Shown here in pieces: positions 17,501 through 26,363 of a stretch of 64,000 nucleotides of DNA (within the stretch, counting starts at the first letter, position 1; each line of letters starts with the position of its first letter). The notes beneath the pieces are model-generated. The model saw only the letters and a list, made by a program, of their open reading frames with translations. It was not told the DNA's origin and did no database searches. Made by a program: the position numbers and the translations under genes. This DNA is from Bacteroidota bacterium (GTDB taxonomy: Bacteria; Bacteroidota; Bacteroidia; Chitinophagales; LD1), in the NCBI GenBank assembly GCA_947478005.1, contig CANJVG010000006.1, positions 35-64,034 on the forward strand, written 5' to 3'.

Positions 17501-19221
17501 GTACATTTACGATTACCCAAGATGATACACTCACGGCTAATTATTCGGTTATTCCTGACAGTGCTGATTTAACGGTGATGGCAAACATTCCTGCCGGTGG
17601 TAGCGTTACGGTAAACGGAAATGTAGTTACTACCTATCCTACTACAAACCGATACGCGAGTGCTACGCTGTTGAATTTGTCTGCTACGCCTAATGTGGGT
17701 TATAACTTTGTGAATTGGAGCTTAAATCACCATGTTGTTAATCCGAATAACAACGCCATCAGCGGTTCGTTTACGATTAGCCAGATAGATACACTCACGG
17801 CTAATTTTGCGCTGGTGCCTGACAGCGCCAATCTGGTGGTGGTGGCCAATATTCCTGCCGGTGGCAGTGTCAATCTTAACGCGAATATCATCTCCACATA
17901 TCCTACACTCATTCATCAGGCAACCGGATTGCTGATGAACATTACGGCTCTGCCGAATACAGGTTATAGCTTTGTAAACTGGTCAATTGCTCATCACACC
18001 ATCAATCCGAACACGAATGCTTCCACCGCTTCATTCACTTTCACACAAAGTGATACGCTGTTTGTGAACTTTCAGGCAAACGTGGCCAATCACAATGTGG
18101 TTGTTCAGGCTCTTCCCGCTAACGGTGGAGATGTAACTGTGAACGGCACTTTGTATGCTCATCCGAATTATCCCTACGCCTTGAGTGTGGCAGATGGAAG
18201 TGTTTTAAACGTTGGTGCTACTGCAAGCAATGGTTTTCAGTTTACCGGATGGCATGTGGTCTATGCTGCTGCTTTACCATCAGCTACTGCCAACCCCATG
18301 AGTTGCACGATTACTCAGAGTGATACTATCTACGCTCAGTTTGCCCAGATTCCTGTGCCTGATTCATTTAATATTACCGTGCAGGCAGTTCCTGCCACAG
18401 GCGGAGATGTTTCGGTGAATGGAGTTTCATATCCAAGCCCGGGTTATCCTTATACGCTTCGCGTAGAAACAGGAACACAATTAACCGTGAACGAAACTCC
18501 GAATCCTACTTATCACTTTATTAACTGGCAGTTGTTGCATCATAGTCCTATCCCGAATGCCACTGCTCTTCCTATGAGTTTCACGGTGGTTCAGGACGAT
18601 ACTATTTATGCTTATTACACACAGGATTCAATTGCTATTTGGGTAGATGTTTGGGCTGGGGGACAGCATAATCCTTTTGCGGGTAATGTAAAGGTGGCCG
18701 GTGTTACTCCGGTTTCTTATCCTGCCATTTTCAAGTTTACCGATGGAACCAACATTGACTTTGAAGCAACGGGCAAAACCCTCACCACGCTTAATCATAC
18801 CTACAACTATGTGTTCGACCATTACGATTTCATTTATCACACACCGTCTCCCGATAGCCTGACCTCGGTGGTGTTTATTACTGCACAAAAATCGGATACT
18901 GTGTTTGTCTGGTTTAAAGATGAAGTAATCAACAACGATACTGCACTGCATGTAATTTTCCCATCGGGCTTTTCACCGGATAATAATGGCGTGAATGATG
19001 AGTTCCGTGCCATCACGAATGAAACACTCGACCCTTTCAATATGAAGATTTACAATCGTTGGGGACAACTGGTTTTCGAATCGCACAACGTTAGTCGTGG
19101 TTGGAATGGGGAATTTGAGAACAAGAAATGCGATATTGGTATCTATGCTTACACTGTAGTAGCAAAACGCCTGAATGGGGAGGAGATACTGAAGAAGGGA
19201 ACCATTACCCTAGTTCGATAA
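14539..19221 (+). CDS. Giant secreted protein: LTD + chitobiase-C-like domain + CotH kinase-family domain + about 10 divergent InlB B-repeats + T9SS type B (gliding-motility-associated) C-terminal domain
   Basis: It has a signal peptide MMKRYPLIF...NAQ, the LTD motif VVINEF...WIELYN...IGGWFL, the CotH-like region RDAYVQTLAEKF...INGQYWGVYEIRDKVDKDYF, about 92-aa repeats (...GY.F.NW......P.N......FT...DTLTA.F), and the C-terminus FSPDNNGVNDEF...IYNRWGQLVFES...GWNG. Confidence 0.8.
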   Translation: MMKRYPLIFAFVMALFVSLNAQVVINEFSAANKTDYADVSGNYYDWIELYNPTASAVNIGGWFLADNPGNLVKWPIPAGVTIPSHGFKVFFCSNLDGLFNGQYHTNFKLTQSDTSEVIILSNASVTIVDSITLFPNRVDQSRGRNADGSLVWGVYQNSTPNATNNVQTAYTDYVPKVQFSLPAGFYTGTQSVSLSCPMANTKIRYTTNGSNPTTASTLYTGPISVSANTVIRARAYDNAGLYVGSFTENNTYFINETHTLPVLSLASDQFNNLFQSNVNSIVGSMEYFGTNGSQIFEIESEYSPHGNDSWAYPQKGMDFNVEDEYGTGKDINYKMFSTTPRHHYNWLILKAAASDNFPGNLPNPAAHIRDAYVQTLAEKFKLNVDLRRMEHCLLFINGQYWGVYEIRDKVDKDYFDYYYNQSEKYVDNLNYWGSMIIRQGSDTAWNNLYNFVISNNLAIPANYTFVTDRLNVMSMIDAIAIGLYTVDSDWLNWNTAWWRGRKQPNIQKWKYWLWDEDNTFDLGEDFTGWGNTGNTANPCDINTASGGGPDFSNLNIGPAMGHIVIFNALMQNPAFKQLYINRFADLINTAFSCTNMTNHLDTMIARIQPEMQRQCTRWSGSYTQWQQNVQYLRNQITGRCAFIGGAMDTCYHVTGPYPLVVNTFPANSGTVTVNTITPTVYPWYSTYFGGVDLVFKANANVGYQFSHWTIQNHTITPGIANDSIWFNLLNTGDSLTAVFIRTDSVHLTVLTNPVAAGNISVNGIMPSSYPYTFTFADSTVLTITETANTGFIFNNWTILHHVLLPNNNAQNVGFMILDNDTLTANYTVIPDSANLTVMANIPAAGTVTVNSSVVSVYPTVLRYQGGTLLNISVTPNIGYNFVNWTLNHHVINPNNTAINGTFTINQDDTLTAVFAAIPDSVDLTVLENISGAGFVAVNSAFISAYPTVLRFESGILLNISATPNIGYNFVNWTLNHHVVSPNNNAITGTFTITQDDTLTANYSVIPDSADLTVMANIPAGGSVTVNGNVVTTYPTTNRYASATLLNLSATPNVGYNFVNWSLNHHVVNPNNNAISGSFTISQIDTLTANFALVPDSANLVVVANIPAGGSVNLNANIISTYPTLIHQATGLLMNITALPNTGYSFVNWSIAHHTINPNTNASTASFTFTQSDTLFVNFQANVANHNVVVQALPANGGDVTVNGTLYAHPNYPYALSVADGSVLNVGATASNGFQFTGWHVVYAAALPSATANPMSCTITQSDTIYAQFAQIPVPDSFNITVQAVPATGGDVSVNGVSYPSPGYPYTLRVETGTQLTVNETPNPTYHFINWQLLHHSPIPNATALPMSFTVVQDDTIYAYYTQDSIAIWVDVWAGGQHNPFAGNVKVAGVTPVSYPAIFKFTDGTNIDFEATGKTLTTLNHTYNYVFDHYDFIYHTPSPDSLTSVVFITAQKSDTVFVWFKDEVINNDTALHVIFPSGFSPDNNGVNDEFRAITNETLDPFNMKIYNRWGQLVFESHNVSRGWNGEFENKKCDIGIYAYTVVAKRLNGEEILKKGTITLVR
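16500..18930 (+). repeat. Intragenic tandem repeats (about 276 bp units) encoding InlB-B-like domains
   Basis: Blocks recur with moderate nucleotide identity, for example CCAAATATTGGTTACAATTTCGTAAACTGGAC and CCGAATATCGGATATAACTTTGTGAATTGGAC. Confidence 0.7.
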
Positions 19222-19290
19222 GGTAGTATGCGGCTTCTCTTTTGCAGTTCGATTAAATTTTCATTTTCGTTTTTCATTTAAATTAATTCA

Positions 19291-19785
19291 ATGAGCACTA
19301 CTGCAAACATCCTTGCCGACACTTATGAAATGGCTTATGGTTTGGTGAAGTATTACACCGGCAACCTGAAAGAAGTTGACCCGCACAAAAACTGGGAAGT
19401 GAACGGAGCCAAGCTAAACAGCCTTGCCTGGTTGAACGCGCACCTCTGCTGGAGCGAAGATTTTCTTTTGATAAAAGCTACCGGAGGAATATCACCGGAA
19501 GTGAACTGGCTGGAGCATTATAGCTTTGGCAGCGATGGTAGCCTTCACGAACCCAAGGTAGATATGAAGGCAATCCTCAATGACCGCAAGATTATTCACG
19601 AAGCGGCTATGGCGCACATTCGCAGTTTGAGCGATGAAGATTTGGAAAAAGACAACCCGCTGGGTTTGGCATTCTCACAAAGCAAAAGTATAAAGACCAT
19701 TATTCAACATGCCATTCGCCATGAAGGTTCACATGCCGGTCAGTTAGGTTGGCTGTGTAAAATCAACGGAGTCAAGATGGTTTAA
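19291..19785 (+). CDS. DinB-family (DinB_2-like) protein
   Basis: The 164-aa ORF shows a four-helix pattern with conserved His residues (HLCW..., HAIRHEGSHAGQ). Confidence 0.6.
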   Translation: MSTTANILADTYEMAYGLVKYYTGNLKEVDPHKNWEVNGAKLNSLAWLNAHLCWSEDFLLIKATGGISPEVNWLEHYSFGSDGSLHEPKVDMKAILNDRKIIHEAAMAHIRSLSDEDLEKDNPLGLAFSQSKSIKTIIQHAIRHEGSHAGQLGWLCKINGVKMV

Positions 19786-19842
19786 TGCTTTTAGCTTTCC
19801 TTGTTTATAATTTAGTATTCAACTATTCACTCTTTACTTTTC

Positions 19843-21666
19843 ATGAAAAAGATTTCTCCCTTGCTCATTATTGTGTTGCTTTCTTCGTGTAACAATAGAA
19901 TGCAAACAAAAACATACACGGCAGCTGAGATTGCTGCCGAATCCAAAAAGCTTAATGATTTCCTCGATGTGAAATTTGATGAAGCTGTAGCGCGCAGTCC
20001 GGAAACAGCTTCGTCCTTTGGTTTGAAAACCGGTTACGATAGCTGGAGCGACCGCAGTGATGAAAATGGAGATAAAGAGTTTGCAATTCAGAAAGCTGTG
20101 GTTGATACCATTCTTGCCAAATTCAATTTAGATGCTTTGGATGCGCAAACGAAGCTGAGTGTCCGCATGTTGCAGGAAGATGTAAAACGCACCGAAGAAG
20201 GTTTGAAGTGGCGTCACTTTGGCTACGAGATTACGCAAATGGGCGGTGTGCATAATGATTTGCCTTCTTTCCTCATCAACATTCACCGTGTTGATTCATT
20301 GGCCGATGCGCAGGCGTATCTTTCCCGTTTGAAGAAGATAGATAAGGTCTTCGACCAAACCCTGGATGATTTGAAAAAGAGCGAAGCGCTGGGTGCTATT
20401 CCTCCTTATTTCACCTTTCATTATGTAACTGATGATTTGAAAGCGTTTATCGCTTCGCTGGATAAGAAAGATGACAGCAATGTTTTGCTGGCTGATTTTT
20501 CAGCGAAAGTAATTGCATTGAATATGGAGAAGGCAGAAAAGGATAAATTGATTACTGAAGCTTCCGATGTTTTGAAGACCATCGTGAAATCTTCTTATCA
20601 AAAATTACTCGATTACTGGACTGCCCTTGAACCAAAGGCAAAAGAAAAGGGAAGCAACGGAGTTTGGAGTTTAAAGAATGGTGCGGAATTTTATGCCAGT
20701 CAATTACATTTTCATACAACTACTGATATGACACCTGACCAGGTGTATGAAACCGGTTTGAAAGAAGTAGCGCGCATTCAGGATGAGATGCGCGTGATTA
20801 TGAAAACCGTTAAGTTTAAGAGCGACTCGTTGCAGGAGTTTTTTGATTTTGTGCGTACAGATGCACAGTTTAAATATTCGAACGATGAAAAAGGCAAGAA
20901 GCAATTGCTGGCCGATGCCAATAATTATATTGACAGCATGCGCGTGAAGTTACCGGACTTATTCTCCACACTTCCTAAAGCACCGTTGGTAGTAAAACAA
21001 GTGGAAGCATTTCGTGAGAAAAGTGCCGGTGGTGCTTTTTATGAAGATGCTGCGGAAGATGGTTCTCGTCCAGGGAGATATTATGTGAACACCTATAACA
21101 TGGCTGACGAACCTAAATATCAAATGGAAGCCCTGACTTATCACGAAGCTATTCCGGGGCATCACATGCAAATCAGTATATCGCAGGAATTGAAAGGAGT
21201 GCCTAAGTTCCGCAGACACGAGTTCTTTACAGCTTATGTAGAAGGTTGGGGATTGTATGCTGAGCAGTTGGGCAAGGATGTTGGAAAATATCAGGACCCT
21301 TATTCCGATTTCGGAAGGTTGAGTATGGAGATTTTCCGCGCTGCACGATTAGTGGTAGATGCAGGTATTCATACCAAGCACTGGACACGCGAACAGGCCA
21401 TCGAATACTTTTTGAAGAATACAGCTAACGCCAAGGGCGATATTGAACATGAAATTGAGCGTTACGTCCTTTGGCCGGGTCAGGCTACCGGTTATAAAAT
21501 CGGTATGCTGAAGATTCTTGAGCTGCGCGAACATGCGAAGAAAGAGTTGGGAAACAAATTCGACATCCGTCAGTTTCATGATGTGGTGTTGACGAATGGG
21601 GCCGTTTCACTTTCTACTTTGGAAGAACTAGTGAACGATTGGATTGCAAAAACAAAGAAGAGTTAG
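19843..21666 (+). CDS. DUF885-family lipoprotein (putative metallopeptidase-like)
   Basis: It has the lipobox LLSSC, the HEAIPGHH motif, and a length typical of DUF885. Confidence 0.7.
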   Translation: MKKISPLLIIVLLSSCNNRMQTKTYTAAEIAAESKKLNDFLDVKFDEAVARSPETASSFGLKTGYDSWSDRSDENGDKEFAIQKAVVDTILAKFNLDALDAQTKLSVRMLQEDVKRTEEGLKWRHFGYEITQMGGVHNDLPSFLINIHRVDSLADAQAYLSRLKKIDKVFDQTLDDLKKSEALGAIPPYFTFHYVTDDLKAFIASLDKKDDSNVLLADFSAKVIALNMEKAEKDKLITEASDVLKTIVKSSYQKLLDYWTALEPKAKEKGSNGVWSLKNGAEFYASQLHFHTTTDMTPDQVYETGLKEVARIQDEMRVIMKTVKFKSDSLQEFFDFVRTDAQFKYSNDEKGKKQLLADANNYIDSMRVKLPDLFSTLPKAPLVVKQVEAFREKSAGGAFYEDAAEDGSRPGRYYVNTYNMADEPKYQMEALTYHEAIPGHHMQISISQELKGVPKFRRHEFFTAYVEGWGLYAEQLGKDVGKYQDPYSDFGRLSMEIFRAARLVVDAGIHTKHWTREQAIEYFLKNTANAKGDIEHEIERYVLWPGQATGYKIGMLKILELREHAKKELGNKFDIRQFHDVVLTNGAVSLSTLEELVNDWIAKTKKS

Positions 21667-21693
21667 TATTCATTTTAAAAACCAATAATCATT

Positions 21694-23520
21694 ATGGCAT
21701 CTAAATTAACAGGCGGATCTTTCTTACTTAAGAACACCAACATAGCCGATGTTTTTATTCCCGAGGAATTTACCGAGGAACAAAAAATGGTTTACAACAC
21801 CGTAAAGGATTTCATGCTGAAAGAAGTGCATGGACTCGGCATTGCCAAAGTAGCGGGTTTAGATGCCGAGAAGGATAAAGACCTGGTGATGGAGATTTTT
21901 AAGAAAGCATCGGCTCTTGGTTTGTGTGGAGTTTCGGTTGATGAAAAATATGGTGGTGGAGGATTGGATTTTAATACCGCTTTGCTTTTTACCGAAGGCC
22001 TTGCCGGTGGTTTTTCTTTTGCAACCACTATAGGGTGCCAAACTTCTATTGGTTCTTTACCCATCACCTGGTATGGCACCGAAGAGCAAAAACAAAAATA
22101 CTTACCGGGCATTGCAAGTGGCGAAAAGGGTTGTTCGTATTGTTTGACCGAGCCAAGTGCGGGCTCTGATGCCAACAGCGGAAAGACCCATGCGGTATTG
22201 AATGCCGAAGGCACTCACTACATTATGAACGGACAAAAGATGTGGATTACCAACGGTGGTTTTGCCGAGGTGTTTACGGTGTTTGCCAAGATTGATAAGG
22301 ACGAAAAACTTTCTGCCTTTATAGTGGAGAAAGACTTTGGAGGAATTTCGATAGGCAAGGAAGAAAAGAAGATGGGTATTAAGGCTTCCTCAACCGTGCA
22401 GGTTTTTTTCAATAATGTAAAGATTCCGAAAGAGAATTTGCTGGGCGAAAGAGGAAAGGGATTCAATATGGCGCTGAACATTCTGAACAGCGGACGTATT
22501 AAGATAGCTGCCGGTGGGGTAGGGGGGATGAAGTTCGGGATGGATAAAACAGTGGAGTATTGCAAAACAAGAATTCAGTTCAATAAACCTATTGCTGAGT
22601 TCGGAGCCATGAAACAAAAGCTTGGCATTATTGCTGCCAATCTGTTTGCGATTGAAGCAGGCGTATATCGCGTAGGTGCCGATGTAGATAAAAAGCACGA
22701 TGAGCTGTTGAAGAACGCCCGCCTGACTGACGCAGTCGGGCAGGGCACAAGCCCCAACGAAGCCAAGATTAACTCCATGCGCGAATACGCCATTGAGTGC
22801 GCTATATTGAAAGTGCTGGGTAGCGAGGCCATGTGCAACACCGGTGACGAAGCCATTCAGATATTTGGCGGCATGGGTTACAGTATGGAAACTGGTGTGG
22901 AGATGGCTTACCGCGATGCGCGCATTACCAAGATATATGAGGGCACCAACGAGATTAACAGAATGCTCACGCTGGCCGAGTTTTATAAACGCTCGTTCGT
23001 AACCAAGGAGTTGAAGATGGGCGATGCGAAGAGTTTTATTCCTTCTACTATTCTCAAAAACTTCAACCCCTTCAGTGGTGGCGGTTTCTTAGAAACCGAA
23101 TTTGAATTTGTAAATAACCTCAAAGCCATCTTCCTGATCATTACCGGTGCTGCGGGTGCTAAACTGAAAGAGAAACTGGTAGATGAACAGGAAATAGTCA
23201 TGAACCTGGCCGATATTCTTTCGATGGCTTTTGTTACAGAATCTGCTTTTCTGCGTGTGAAGAAACTGAGCGAGAAACCCGGTATGAACAAAGCAGAACT
23301 GGAGGTGAAGACCAAGATGGCGCAGTTGTATTTATACGATGCGCTGGATGTGGTTCGCAAATCGGCCAACAATGCTATTGACAGCTATGCCAAGGGAGCG
23401 GAGAAGGCCAGCCTGAAATACTTAATGCGCAGAATGCTGCGCAGTTACAACATCAACCCCAAGGATGTGCGCAGACAAGTGGCAGATTATATGTTGGAGA
23501 AGAACGGGTATAATTTTTAA
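21694..23520 (+). CDS. Long-form acyl-CoA dehydrogenase
   Basis: The ACAD N, M and C domains are recognisable (CLTEPSAGSD, WITNGG, YEGTNEI) and there is an extra C-terminal helical domain. Confidence 0.8.
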   Translation: MASKLTGGSFLLKNTNIADVFIPEEFTEEQKMVYNTVKDFMLKEVHGLGIAKVAGLDAEKDKDLVMEIFKKASALGLCGVSVDEKYGGGGLDFNTALLFTEGLAGGFSFATTIGCQTSIGSLPITWYGTEEQKQKYLPGIASGEKGCSYCLTEPSAGSDANSGKTHAVLNAEGTHYIMNGQKMWITNGGFAEVFTVFAKIDKDEKLSAFIVEKDFGGISIGKEEKKMGIKASSTVQVFFNNVKIPKENLLGERGKGFNMALNILNSGRIKIAAGGVGGMKFGMDKTVEYCKTRIQFNKPIAEFGAMKQKLGIIAANLFAIEAGVYRVGADVDKKHDELLKNARLTDAVGQGTSPNEAKINSMREYAIECAILKVLGSEAMCNTGDEAIQIFGGMGYSMETGVEMAYRDARITKIYEGTNEINRMLTLAEFYKRSFVTKELKMGDAKSFIPSTILKNFNPFSGGGFLETEFEFVNNLKAIFLIITGAAGAKLKEKLVDEQEIVMNLADILSMAFVTESAFLRVKKLSEKPGMNKAELEVKTKMAQLYLYDALDVVRKSANNAIDSYAKGAEKASLKYLMRRMLRSYNINPKDVRRQVADYMLEKNGYNF

Positions 23521-23550
23521 GAGGAGACACAAGACGATAGACCAACGACA

Positions 23551-23594
23551 AAACAAAAAGCGTCCCGACATTTCTGCGGGACGCTTTTGTTTTA
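23551..23594. terminator. Bidirectional rho-independent terminator
   Basis: The stem AAAAGCGTCCCG / CGGGACGCTTTT is flanked by an A-tract and a T-tract. It lies between convergent genes. Confidence 0.7.
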
Positions 23595-23615
23595 AGGGCG
23601 GTGGTTCATCAATTT

Positions 23616-24239
23616 TTACAGCACCTTGCACGAAGCAATATCACTCCAAGGGCCGCTGCCCGCTGTGTTTACACAAGCTACCCGAACGTGAACCATACTG
23701 CCACTCGTTAAACCGGTGAGGGTAATTTTTGATTTACTTGTTTCACCTTTCAATTGCCAGGTTATAAGGTCATAAGAAACGCTTATCTTCTTAATACCCG
23801 ACTTAGCCAAAGGCTTCCACTTTAAATTAACCTCGCCTTCATTAATAGTTGGCTGAATAGTTAATCCGGTTAGCGGCCCTGCTTTAGTAGTTTTAGTTCG
23901 CGGATTGCTGATTTCAAAACCGCTGCTCAAAATTTTCTCTTCATCGCCTTTTGCTGTAGTTATTACATAACCCTGCAACTGCTCCATAGTAGCGTCCAGT
24001 ATAGCCACCTTATTGTCGCGCTCTTTGGTCTTGATTTTAGAACCGTCCATAGCTCCCTGTGCAGCTTCTACATCATCGGCTGCCTTGGTTACATCGGCCA
24101 ATGCCGGAACCGGTGAAGGATAATTGCCGTTGCCGGTCATCTTATCTACAATGTGATTGGCTTTGTTTGCTTTTTTAAGTGGGGAAAGACCTGAATAACC
24201 CAACTTTACAATGAAAAATACGAAATACCTTTTTAGCAT
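23616..24239 (-). CDS. Hypothetical protein with a C-terminal fibronectin type III-like domain
   Basis: The C-terminus shows an FN3 pattern (...NLKWKPL...ITLTGLTSGS.V.VRV.AVNTAG.GPWSD). The N-terminal boundary is uncertain. Confidence 0.5.
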   Translation of the reverse strand: MLKRYFVFFIVKLGYSGLSPLKKANKANHIVDKMTGNGNYPSPVPALADVTKAADDVEAAQGAMDGSKIKTKERDNKVAILDATMEQLQGYVITTAKGDEEKILSSGFEISNPRTKTTKAGPLTGLTIQPTINEGEVNLKWKPLAKSGIKKISVSYDLITWQLKGETSKSKITLTGLTSGSMVHVRVACVNTAGSGPWSDIASCKVL

Positions 24240-24514
24240 AATTTGCTGTTTTAAATTTTTGTTTAGTTAAAAAATAATTACCGTTCCTTAGCTAAGAACG
24301 CCTGCTTTTGTGTAGCACCCCTTTGTTTGTTTTTTTAAGGATGTTTCCGTTTTTGCAGACGGGAAAATTATTCGGCAAACGCGAAAAAAAGTTTCAACTT
24401 TTTACTGAATACAAATAACTTTTGTTCAATACAAAAAATAACTTGAGTCACTCAAAAAGCAACTTGTAGACCACAAACTAAAGCAGAAGGAGAGATGAAT
24501 ATTTTGACCGATTT

Positions 24515-24800
24515 ATGCTTATAAATCGAAGATAACTAAGCATAAATCAACGAACTTTGCTTATAAAGCGAGGATTCTTAAGCATAAATCAATGAACCTT
24601 GCTTATAGATCGAAGATTTATAACTATAAATCGATGAACTATGCTTAAAGATGACCGAACTATGCTTATAAATCGAAGATTACTAAGCATAAATCAACGA
24701 ACCTCGCTTATAAATCGATGATTCTTAAACATAAATCAACGAACTATGAGTATAGATGGAGCCGTTATAACTATGAAACGAAGATTTATAAGCAATAGGC
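24515..24800. repeat. Tandem array 2: about 13 x 21 bp (42-bp super-period), core ATAAATCRAMGA
   Basis: The core was indexed at 24521, 24542, 24563 ... 24773 in exact +21 steps. TGCTTA and TAAGCA alternate between successive units. Confidence 0.85.
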
Positions 24801-24858
24801 GAGCCCGGCAGGCCAATATCTGCACCTAACAATAGGATGAAACTGAAATTTGAAAAAA

Positions 24859-24901
24859 CTTCCTCCTATATTCGTATAACGGAAAATAGGAGGGAGTTTT
24901 T
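24859..24901 (+). terminator. Terminator-like hairpin downstream of array 2
   Basis: The stem CCTCCTAT / ATAGGAGG (extendable) is followed by GAGTTTTT. No CDS lies upstream on this strand. Confidence 0.4.
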
Positions 24902-24952
24902 GAGGATCAAACTTCCTCTATAATAAAGTTAGCGGCAACCAAGTAAAAAGAC

Positions 24953-25561
24953 ATGAAGACACTGATTTATTTATTGATAGCTATAACTATTGCAACATCT
25001 TGTAATGGACCACAAAAGACGGAGGAAATAAAGAACATTGATATAATTAAAACTGTCAATAAAGACTCTCTCATCAAAGCATTATATCAATATGGAGAGC
25101 CATATTTTAAAAATAATTCGTTAGACAATATTTTTGCTTTAAAGGGTAGACCTAAACACATATCAACCATCTCTTTGGGTGAGGAAAACGAAATTGCCGA
25201 TTCTTTACTTACAGTTTATTATGACTTTTTTGAATTTAGGTTTTGGAAACGTGCTAACACAAAACCAGAATTAGCAAGCGTGGAATTTTTTGATAAAAAA
25301 GCCTTATTACCTGGAGAAATTAGTGTCGAAAAAACAACGCGACTAGACATTATCAACAGTTTAGGGCTTCCTGACAGTGATCATAATGATCCTGGTAGGT
25401 CAATGACAAAATCAGGAGATACAATTGTTTACGGCACACTGTCAGGGGCTGGTGACACGGTGTCTTTCACATACTATATAAATATTGACGAGTATGCAAT
25501 CGGTTTTGCTATGACAAAAGATACCCTTCGAAAAATTTCGTGGTCAAAAAATCCATACTAA
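24953..25561 (+). CDS. Hypothetical lipoprotein (island ORF 1)
   Basis: The 202-aa ORF has the lipobox IATSC and AT-rich codon usage. No family was recognised. Confidence 0.55.
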   Translation: MKTLIYLLIAITIATSCNGPQKTEEIKNIDIIKTVNKDSLIKALYQYGEPYFKNNSLDNIFALKGRPKHISTISLGEENEIADSLLTVYYDFFEFRFWKRANTKPELASVEFFDKKALLPGEISVEKTTRLDIINSLGLPDSDHNDPGRSMTKSGDTIVYGTLSGAGDTVSFTYYINIDEYAIGFAMTKDTLRKISWSKNPY

Positions 25562-25745
25562 TGAAAACTAATTGGTGTGCTGCTAACAGCACATTTGCAA
25601 TAGACGGGGTTTCGTGCTTCGCAGACAGTTTTGTGGTTACTGAGAATTTTTATCTTCGCATGAACGTTTGTGCTGGAATGCCCCCCATCGCAAATCTGCA
25701 AAACGTTGTACACAATGCTTTTGAACTACTCCTAACCATCTCAAA

Positions 25746-26228
25746 ATGAAAAAATGTAGCTGCGGTGAATATTCAGATATTGAATTAATAAGAAAGGCAA
25801 TTAACGAAAGAATTAAGAAGAGTAAGGATTTAAAAAAGCAACTTAAATTAGTTTCAAAGTCAGATACAGAAAATATTTTGTTTGTTTGTGAAATTTGTAA
25901 TCAATTCTGGCAAAGCAGCAGGGCTTGGAATTGGGGAAATGATGAATATTTATTTAAAGTACCAATAATTGAATTACAGGATTGGATCCAGAATCAATTT
26001 ATGGCCCCAGATGAGATGTTAATTTATAGTGCTGGCATGAGTGTTTATATGGAAAGTAATATAAATTCATTTGTAGATGGAAATGAAAAATGCATTAAGG
26101 ATGATTGTATTGAAAAGTCATTGAAAGGAGGCAAACTCTGTAAAAATCATTTTATTGAAAACTTAGGAGTTGTAGGATTAATACCTAAAAGACCAAAAGG
26201 TAGATTATTTAAGCCATATCAAGATTAA
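25746..26228 (+). CDS. Hypothetical Cys-rich (putative zinc-binding) protein (island ORF 2)
   Basis: The 160-aa ORF carries CxC...CxxC plus a C-x4-C-x10-C-x2-H pattern. No family was recognised. Confidence 0.5.
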   Translation: MKKCSCGEYSDIELIRKAINERIKKSKDLKKQLKLVSKSDTENILFVCEICNQFWQSSRAWNWGNDEYLFKVPIIELQDWIQNQFMAPDEMLIYSAGMSVYMESNINSFVDGNEKCIKDDCIEKSLKGGKLCKNHFIENLGVVGLIPKRPKGRLFKPYQD

Positions 26229-26291
26229 GAAGAACCGTTGCCAAAACAGAACAAAATCCTACTTTTCGTCCTCGAAGGGCCTCTACCTCGT

Positions 26292-26316
26292 GACCCTGCG
26301 CGAGTGAAGGGCTAAG
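26292..26316 (+). repeat. Second copy of the 25-nt module GACCCTGCGCGAGTGAAGGGCTAAG
   Basis: It is 22/25 identical to 467-491. Confidence 0.55.
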
Positions 26317-26342
26317 TGAATAGAGTAGAGAAGCAATCTTTT

Positions 26343-26363
26343 GCATTGAGTTTCTCTTTCTTA
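26343..26363 (+). repeat. Left copy of the 21-nt direct repeat GCATTGAGTTTCTCTTTCTTA
   Basis: It is 20/21 identical to 27475-27495, which overlaps the stop codon of the M1 peptidase gene. Confidence 0.8.

Noticed and set aside
14821-18951. Numerous antisense or off-frame ORFs inside the giant gene, with similar ones inside thrA, ACAD, the histidine kinase, ftsK and the nuo genes
   Set aside because: These are shadow ORFs of long, well-supported genes. None has an independent motif.
24824-24934. An integron attC site (ACCTAAC ... GTTAGCG with an internal hairpin)
   Set aside because: The R' box fails the GTTRRRY consensus. The other two island spacers do not show matching boxes, and no intI-like integrase is present in the window. 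It is reported only as a cassette-like organisation that should be tested with the attC model.
25540-25749. A 69-aa ORF spanning the ORF1-ORF2 spacer
   Set aside because: It overlaps the end of ORF1 and runs through a dyad-rich spacer. It has no RBS or promoter logic and an implausible composition.
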